From: an uncultured virus (IMG/VR IMGVR_UViG_3300028610_002615)
Taxonomy: Duplodnaviria > Heunggongvirae > Uroviricota > Caudoviricetes
Strand: one strand, 5' to 3'
DNA: 20,000 nt
IMG/VR virus record: IMGVR_UViG_3300028610_002615
Shown: one piece after another, positions 14,701 through 20,000 of the stretch
How positions within the stretch are numbered: position 1 is the first letter of the stretch
How the letters are laid out: the number at the start of each line of letters is the position of its first letter
Translations under genes and position numbers: made by a program
Notes under the pieces: model-generated
The model's input: the letters and a program-made list of their open reading frames with translations, nothing else
Databases searched by the model: none
Told to the model about the DNA's origin: nothing

Positions 14701-15051
14701 GGGGGCGAAAAGGTATCGACGTGGAAGAAGAGATGATGGTTGCACTCCGGGGATGGCATTCTACCCCGAATTAACATGCCAAACTAAATATAATCGCAGA
14801 TGATTATCACACTGATCTTGCCCTAGCGGCATAATCCGTTCCACCCAATTATTCTCTCGGATTGGGATGGGGCGACGACTAGAGAGATAGATCTCAACGC
14901 GCTCCTGCCGAGCCAATGAGATCGAAATTTAGGCAGGACCCTGGCAGGGAGTTGTCGCTTACCACCCTGTCAGTATAAGAAAGCGACTATGAGTGTAGAT
15001 GCTTAATTTGAACTTTTACGGACGCGAGTTCGACTCTCGCCGCCTCCACCA
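14701..15051 (+). ncRNA. ssrA: tmRNA
   Basis: 5' GGGGGCGAAAAGGTATCGAC, G3-U70 acceptor, T arm GCGAG-TTCGACT-CTCGC, ACCA end; tag ORF 14796-14834 ADDYHTDLALAA-TAA. Confidence 0.96.
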
Positions 15052-15060
15052 CAATTCTCA

Positions 15061-15104
15061 TGACCTCCACTTTTATCGAGATTGAATAATAAAAGTGGAG
15101 GTTA
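15061..15104. repeat. strong inverted repeat after tmRNA
   Basis: ACCTCCACTTTTAT 15063-15076 / ATAAAAGTGGAGGT 15089-15102, 14 bp perfect. Confidence 0.8.
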
Positions 15105-15126
15105 TAAATTAAGAAAGGATATATTA

Positions 15127-16287
15127 ATGAGTCAAGAAATTGAACATTCTGAAGAACCCAAACGTTCTGATAATCAGGATGTTACTCCTCCGGAAGATTC
15201 TGACGGTGATCATGAAAATTTTATTACACCAATAAAATCTCATAGAAGTCGATCAGATATAATAAACTATGTAAAATCTACTCATGGATCTTTTCAAATA
15301 ATTCAAAATATAGTAGAACTTAAAAATCAAAAAGTAATAATGTCAATCTTCGATAATTATGACTTAAGATTTTCTACCAGAGATGATATAAACATTATTA
15401 AAACACCGCTTAAAAATGTTCTACCATATCTTGCCGAAGTAGGCGAAATTATCATTCTTGAAAGAGACATATGCTTAATTCAAAAGGATAACACATTCTT
15501 TCTAGTATCAATAGGTGAAACACAATTAACGGTTGAAGTATTTTCAAACTCCATTGAATTAGCGAGCTCTTATTTCGAATTCTTTAAAAAGCAAATTGAA
15601 CATATCTCTGCTAAAAATAAAATCAACATGGAACTAAGTTGGTTTTATTATAGTCCACCCAAAATATCGAGTGCATACATCACTGAGGAGATAAACGATA
15701 CTTTTATAAAAGAGGCATATCCATATTTAGATGTTGATCAACTATTTGATAAATATTTAGAAAGTGATGAGCCAGTAATACTTTTTATAGGACCTCCAGG
15801 TACTGGTAAAACAAGACTTATAAGATATTTACTAAAAAAGAGATATGAACAAGATCGATTTGTCAAAGTGGCATTTACATCTGACCAACATGTAATAGAA
15901 AGTAGCGAAATATTCATAGAGTTTCTTCTTGGAGACTTTTCAACTTTAGTCATTGAAGATATTGATTATCATCTTCGTCCAAGAAAAGAAGGAAATACAT
16001 CTATGTATAATTTTCTAACTTCCTCAAATAGTATTATCATTAACTATTTAGAGAAAAAGAAAATGATTCTCTCAACTAATTTACCAGATGTAAAAAATAT
16101 TGACGACGCTCTTTTGAGACCTGGAAGATGTTTTGATGTTGTTGAAACTCGCCCTTTAGTAAATGAAGAAACAAAAAGCTTACTAAAAGCCCTTGGAAAA
16201 AGTGATGATCTACCTGAGAAGAGATATACTATAGCTGAAATTTTCAACTCAAGAAGTAGTAAAAATATAAAGAAAGCAGGATTCTAA
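15127..16287 (+). CDS. AAA+ ATPase with N-terminal domain
   Basis: GPPGTGKT Walker A, LVIEDID Walker B, STN sensor 1, DDALLRPGRCF arginine fingers; ATG after GAAAGGA. Confidence 0.9.
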   Translation: MSQEIEHSEEPKRSDNQDVTPPEDSDGDHENFITPIKSHRSRSDIINYVKSTHGSFQIIQNIVELKNQKVIMSIFDNYDLRFSTRDDINIIKTPLKNVLPYLAEVGEIIILERDICLIQKDNTFFLVSIGETQLTVEVFSNSIELASSYFEFFKKQIEHISAKNKINMELSWFYYSPPKISSAYITEEINDTFIKEAYPYLDVDQLFDKYLESDEPVILFIGPPGTGKTRLIRYLLKKRYEQDRFVKVAFTSDQHVIESSEIFIEFLLGDFSTLVIEDIDYHLRPRKEGNTSMYNFLTSSNSIIINYLEKKKMILSTNLPDVKNIDDALLRPGRCFDVVETRPLVNEETKSLLKALGKSDDLPEKRYTIAEIFNSRSSKNIKKAGF

Positions 16288-16296
16288 TCGAAAGGA

Positions 16297-16319
16297 TTCG
16301 ACTCTCGCCGCCTCCACCA
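16297..16319 (+). repeat. displaced copy of tmRNA 3' end
   Basis: TTCGACTCTCGCCGCCTCCACCA identical to 15029-15051. Confidence 0.92.
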
Positions 16320-16324
16320 ATTAT

Positions 16325-16395
16325 GGCCCAATATCAAGTGCGCGCGCTAAATCTCCGTCATAGGAGATTTAAACATCTTCTTGTGCGGGCCGCCA
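16325..16395 (+). ncRNA. candidate CCA-ended rod-shaped RNA
   Basis: GGCCC/GGGCC terminal stem plus GCCA; 9-bp hairpin TAAATCTCC/GGAGATTTA. Confidence 0.5.
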
Positions 16396-16400
16396 ATTAT

Positions 16401-16466
16401 GGGCTGGACCGTACTGAAACAGATCGGTTGAAATATCTTGGCCATAGGAACCAGGCCAGTCCACCA
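16401..16466 (+). ncRNA. candidate minimal tRNA-like RNA with Ala acceptor identity
   Basis: 7-bp GGGCTGG/CCAGTCC with G3-U70, A73, CCA; abutting 5-bp stem CTTGG/CCAGG. Confidence 0.6.
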
Positions 16467-16468
16467 AT

Positions 16469-16645
16469 TTTGTGCGTGCATCGAGGGCATTTATGTTTCC
16501 GGTGGGACTCCGGAATTAACCAATTTCGACAGAGTCGGGTTAGTCCATGATAGACCACTATTAGCATCTTCGAATGGCGGCAAAGTTTTAGTGGTGAACC
16601 CTTGGATGCAGGATTGGGTTTATGAGCGACCTGGACACGCACAAA
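16469..16645 (+). ncRNA. candidate multi-stem structured RNA
   Basis: 10-bp closing stem plus four internal stems, GC-rich relative to flanks. Confidence 0.55.
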
Positions 16646-16689
16646 TGCTTTCTATTTTGGTCTCAAACCAATTTTGAAAGGATCATATA

Positions 16690-16998
16690 ATGAAACTAAA
16701 AATGTACATATTGATATTAGATTGGGTTGATCTTGGTCATGCAATAAACTCTGTTGGTCATGCTGGTCTTATGGGTTATCTTAAATGGAAAGACGATCCA
16801 ATAATGGAAGAATGGTTAGAAACCTCATTCAAAAAAGCAACATGTAAAATTACTCCAGCTGAGTGTGAATGGGCAAAGAAGTTTGATGATTATGAAATTA
16901 TAACCGAACTTGCATTTGATGGAAAAGAAGTTGGGTTGGTGTTTAAACCACGATATGAATGGCCAACATTTTTCAAGTATTTAAAACTTTATAATTAA
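16690..16998 (+). CDS. second PTH2-family peptidyl-tRNA hydrolase-like protein
   Basis: KMYILI, GHA...GHA, W...SFKK..C and E.GLVFKPR..WP motifs. Confidence 0.75.
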   Translation: MKLKMYILILDWVDLGHAINSVGHAGLMGYLKWKDDPIMEEWLETSFKKATCKITPAECEWAKKFDDYEIITELAFDGKEVGLVFKPRYEWPTFFKYLKLYN

Positions 16999-17150
16999 TA
17001 GGTGTGTTGATATTTGGTTCGTAACTGATAATCCTTAACCAGGAGTAAGGCGAAGTTTCCAAGGGTGAAATTGATGCATACAGGGCTGCTGTGGTGGTAG
17101 TCAATGTGCTGACAAAGTAGCCCGAAAACATTCTTAAGAAAGGAGAAGTC

Positions 17151-17468
17151 ATGGCAATTGGATTACCATTAAGAAAATATTTAGATGATGATGGAGAATT
17201 AGATATTTACCCTGATATTCGGGATCCTCATTCTAAACCAAGACCAGTTAAAAGAAATGATATATATCATATGCTTGGTCATATATTAAGAGTAACAACA
17301 GTAAAAGAGACTCCATTATTTTTTAATGACGTTCGTGAAAGAAGAGTTTTTCTAACCTGTCATGATGACTGTAATTGTGGACGTAGATTTGTTGATCAAC
17401 TTATATGGCCTGTTAAACTTCAAATATTAGAAAGACATTTGGAAGACCTCACATTGGATAAACTATAA
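17151..17468 (+). CDS. hypothetical protein
   Basis: SD AAAGGAG. Confidence 0.75.
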   Translation: MAIGLPLRKYLDDDGELDIYPDIRDPHSKPRPVKRNDIYHMLGHILRVTTVKETPLFFNDVRERRVFLTCHDDCNCGRRFVDQLIWPVKLQILERHLEDLTLDKL

Positions 17469-17478
17469 AAGGAAACAA

Positions 17479-18018
17479 ATGATAGTAATTGAAAAAAATG
17501 ATTACCCAGTACAGTATGAAGACATACTTGTATTTCCAGAATACTTTCTTGATTATAAAAATACATATTCATTACATTCGAAATTGTCTAAGTATAAAGA
17601 TAATCAAATTAACCACTATGTAGTTGGTGTTGGGAAATCTTATGATCCCGGATATACATCTGTTCTCCTTCTTGATAAAGATTTAAAGATTATAGGAGTC
17701 AGACAAAAGATAAGTATTTTCTGGAAAGAAGAGGTATCTCAATCTTTAAAATTGCAAGCATTCCCCATTTCTGAAAATAGAAGAATTGGTATCGTTATTT
17801 GCAAAGAGGTTCTTCATACAGCAATAGCTGAAATTTATAGAATGATGAATGTTAATGTTGTAGCTGTAACACTCGGCAGTGGAGATTTTTGGGGTCTTCA
17901 AAGACATTCTTGGATAGATCAGATGACTTTATTTAGCGATATTACTCAATCTCCATTAATATGCTCATGCGGGGCAACAAAGAGTGAGGGTGGAATAAAT
18001 CTTATAATTGAAAGGTGA
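17479..18018 (+). CDS. carbon-nitrogen hydrolase (nitrilase) fold protein, compact
   Basis: DILVFPEY, RQK and IGIVICKE match Glu-Lys-Cys triad motifs. Confidence 0.7.
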   Translation: MIVIEKNDYPVQYEDILVFPEYFLDYKNTYSLHSKLSKYKDNQINHYVVGVGKSYDPGYTSVLLLDKDLKIIGVRQKISIFWKEEVSQSLKLQAFPISENRRIGIVICKEVLHTAIAEIYRMMNVNVVAVTLGSGDFWGLQRHSWIDQMTLFSDITQSPLICSCGATKSEGGINLIIER

Positions 18019-18365
18019 TTGAAATGAACTTTCTAGACATGAAAGCTGATTTAAATCCAAAAAATAATGAATGGTATCGCGGCGTATCAGGCACCTGGCA
18101 CCACTGGCAAAAGAATGTACTCAATGGACAAATGTCTCTTGTTGTCCAAGGAGGAGATCACGTTGGTGGATATTGGGGTAATATTGTACTTGGTACAGAT
18201 CTTCATAGAGATAAAATCATTTATACAGCTGTGCCCGAAGAAGGATCACGTGTAACATTTAAAACTCCAGAACTCTGTGCTTCGACCATAGATAATGTTT
18301 GGAAGAAAATGGTTAATGGAGAAGTAAAAATAATAGAACAAAATATAAAAACGAGGTTCTTGTAA
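18015..18365 (+). CDS. hypothetical protein
   Basis: Packed ORF; ATG 18024 after AGGTGA is an alternative start. Confidence 0.7.
   Translation: MIEMNFLDMKADLNPKNNEWYRGVSGTWHHWQKNVLNGQMSLVVQGGDHVGGYWGNIVLGTDLHRDKIIYTAVPEEGSRVTFKTPELCASTIDNVWKKMVNGEVKIIEQNIKTRFL
18333..18351 (+). promoter_or_regulatory. putative phage promoter motif ATAGAACAAAATATAAAAA
   Basis: Identical to 3349-3367. Confidence 0.5.
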
Positions 18366-19087
18366 TGGACTTAAGGGAAGAAATATTACTTGATTTGATT
18401 CTTGAAAGTGAGATACCAGTTAGTGAAATGGCAGCATTTGTCACACCTGGCATTAAAAAACATTTACGGTCAACTCCAAAGGTTACCAAAAAAGAGTTTT
18501 TAAATGCAGTTAAACCAGGTGATATTATGGTTACATTTACACCCAAGAGGAAGATTCAAAAGTCTGGATTTACAAAGTTCAAAGCTAAAATGATGACTTT
18601 GTTTCAGGCAAGTCCATACACTTCTTCTAAATTTGTATATGATCAAAAAACTATAGCTGGTTATGATGCTGATCCAACTGCTGGAGTAAACTACTTACAA
18701 AAAGGAAGTTTGAGCAATTTTGTTAACCGATGGATACAAGAAGCTATGTTACTTAGACCAATCGGAACTACTCCAGAACAAATCAGAGCAGCTCAACAAT
18801 ATTTCAAGAAAAGAATCGGTCTTCCCTATAATTATGATCAAGTAATGAAAAGTGCTTGGAAAAGATTTTATAAAAAAGTATTACCATTTCTAAGAAAAGA
18901 TGATAGTCCACCTCCAAAGAAATTAGGTGAAATGGTTGAACCTCTATTTTGCAGTAATATAATTGCAGTTGCATATAAATCAGCAGGATATCGAAAACCA
19001 TTCGGTAAAGTCATACTCGACACATGGCCAAGAGATTTCATACTCTCACCGAATACTGAAAAAATCTGTCGTATTGAATACACATAA
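18365..19087 (+). CDS. permuted papain-like NlpC/P60 (YiiX/YebB-like) protein
   Basis: KPGDIMV, IGLPYNY, LFCSNII..AY and WPRDF motifs. Confidence 0.75.
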   Translation: MDLREEILLDLILESEIPVSEMAAFVTPGIKKHLRSTPKVTKKEFLNAVKPGDIMVTFTPKRKIQKSGFTKFKAKMMTLFQASPYTSSKFVYDQKTIAGYDADPTAGVNYLQKGSLSNFVNRWIQEAMLLRPIGTTPEQIRAAQQYFKKRIGLPYNYDQVMKSAWKRFYKKVLPFLRKDDSPPPKKLGEMVEPLFCSNIIAVAYKSAGYRKPFGKVILDTWPRDFILSPNTEKICRIEYT

Positions 19088-19097
19088 GGAGTGAATA

Positions 19098-19667
19098 ATG
19101 CATAAAATTCTTGAAATCGTTCTTGTGAAAAAGTATCCCAAAATATTCAAAGATTATGGCGGAGATATGAGAAAAACTTGTATGGCGTGGGGACTTGCTT
19201 GCGGCAGAGGATGGTTCCTTCTCCTTGATGAGCTATGTAGTAAACTGAAAGGACATGATGTTACTGCCAGACAAGTTAAAGAAAAGTTTGGTGGTCTTAG
19301 ATTCTATCTATCTGGTGATGATAAAGCTCACGATATTGTTTCTGAATATGAAAGTAAGTCTACAGAAACATGTGAAAATTGTGGTGAACCTGCTAAGGTA
19401 GAGAGTGATCATGGTTGGTTAAAAACCATCTGCAGTAGTTGCAAGGAAAAAGGAAAACTGGCTGCTAAAATCAGAGAAGGACAATATGCTTATTGCTTTG
19501 ATGAACCAGGACATATAGTTATATATGATCCAATTGATGACCCAGAAGGTAATGTATTCTCTGGAACTTTCAGCGAGTTCATGGAACTTATGTCTCCTTA
19601 TCTGAGTCTTTTAGAGGATCCAATGTCCATACAAGCTATGCCCTTATGGGAGCAAATTGATGAGTAG
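19098..19667 (+). CDS. conserved phage-type protein with QxKEKFGGLRFY motif and C4 zinc finger
   Basis: CGRGW..LL..L, QVKEKFGGLRFY, TCENCG and TICSSC. Confidence 0.8.
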   Translation: MHKILEIVLVKKYPKIFKDYGGDMRKTCMAWGLACGRGWFLLLDELCSKLKGHDVTARQVKEKFGGLRFYLSGDDKAHDIVSEYESKSTETCENCGEPAKVESDHGWLKTICSSCKEKGKLAAKIREGQYAYCFDEPGHIVIYDPIDDPEGNVFSGTFSEFMELMSPYLSLLEDPMSIQAMPLWEQIDE

Positions 19668-19827
19668 AGAACTGACTTGGAAAGAGCAACAACATATTAA
19701 CCGTCTTTCTGTTACTAGTCCACAACTTGCTATAGATCTTTCAAAAACGCTTAAAGAAAACAGTTATAGGAAAGATGGAAAAGTATATTATTTTCAAACT
19801 CCTAAAAAGAACAAAGAAAAGGATTAA
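19660..19827 (+). CDS. small hypothetical protein (55 aa)
   Basis: ATG 19660 after GGGAG, open to TAA. Confidence 0.55.
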   Translation: MSRELTWKEQQHINRLSVTSPQLAIDLSKTLKENSYRKDGKVYYFQTPKKNKEKD

Positions 19828-19830
19828 GTT

Positions 19831-20000
19831 ATGACACCCGAAGAAATTAAACAGTTGGCCACTGATACCTTTAAGGAGAAGGTTTTCTTCTCAACAATGA
19901 TACGAGACATTGATAATTATCTTCTTAGTTCTATCTTTATGCCCATAATATATATGGATAACCTTCAAATCAAACAATTGGAAAAAGATAGAGTTTCTGC
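19831..20000 (+). CDS. hypothetical protein, 3'-truncated by window edge
   Basis: ATG after AAAGGA, open to end of window. Confidence 0.6.
   Translation, partial: MTPEEIKQLATDTFKEKVFFSTMIRDIDNYLLSSIFMPIIYMDNLQIKQLEKDRVS

Noticed and set aside
15061..15104. Intrinsic terminator after tmRNA
   Set aside because: Strong hairpin but no U-tract on the + strand; kept only as an inverted repeat.
16325..16670. RNase P RNA, SRP RNA, 6S RNA or group II intron
   Set aside because: No GAGGAAAGTCC P4 motif, SRP helix 8 motif, single-rod 6S fold or domain V despite the GTGCG at 16472.
16323..16677. ORFs 16323-16550, 16438-16677 and minus-strand 16397-16642
   Set aside because: No good SD, mutually overlapping, unrecognisable proteins; better explained by structured RNA.
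17025..17055. Hammerhead ribozyme (CTGATAA-stem-CGAAG)
   Set aside because: Core deviates from CUGANGA/GAAA at essential positions and no convincing stems I and III with an NUH site were found.
217..19083. Minus-strand ORFs in the supplied track
   Set aside because: All shadow + strand genes or tRNAs and lack recognisable motifs.
1..20000. Window-wide TAG recoding (code 15)
   Set aside because: Standard-code ORFs tile the + strand and recognisable proteins have no internal TAG.

Overview
AT-rich, gene-dense segment with all supported features on the + strand. It looks like the tRNA/translation region of a large (probably jumbo) phage of a Gram-negative host; no structural or replication genes are present, so the phage call is an inference. 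RNA genes: 12 tRNA genes (Thr-UGU and fMet with unexpected long variable arms, and a canonical-fold amber suppressor tRNA-CUA), a tRNA-Phe pseudogene and a one-piece tmRNA (tag ADDYHTDLALAA). Proteins: two PTH2-like peptidyl-tRNA hydrolases, a YqeY-like protein, free-standing HNH and PD-(D/E)XK endonucleases, an OmpA-domain lipoprotein, GNAT, P-loop kinase, AAA ATPase, nitrilase-like and permuted NlpC/P60 proteins, and many small hypotheticals. Main unexplained signals: (1) a leader ORF with GG-amber, PP-amber and DPP motifs overlapping a switchable anti-SD/SD structure in front of the PTH2 operon and the suppressor tRNA, a candidate amber-readthrough or stalling sensor; (2) an array of structured RNAs with 5-nt spacers downstream of a tmRNA 3' copy, two ending in CCA and one with a tRNA-Ala-type acceptor stem; (3) repeated duplicated-junction scars showing gene cassettes captured at tRNA/tmRNA ends. 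All calls come from reading the sequence by eye; no searches or folding programs were run.
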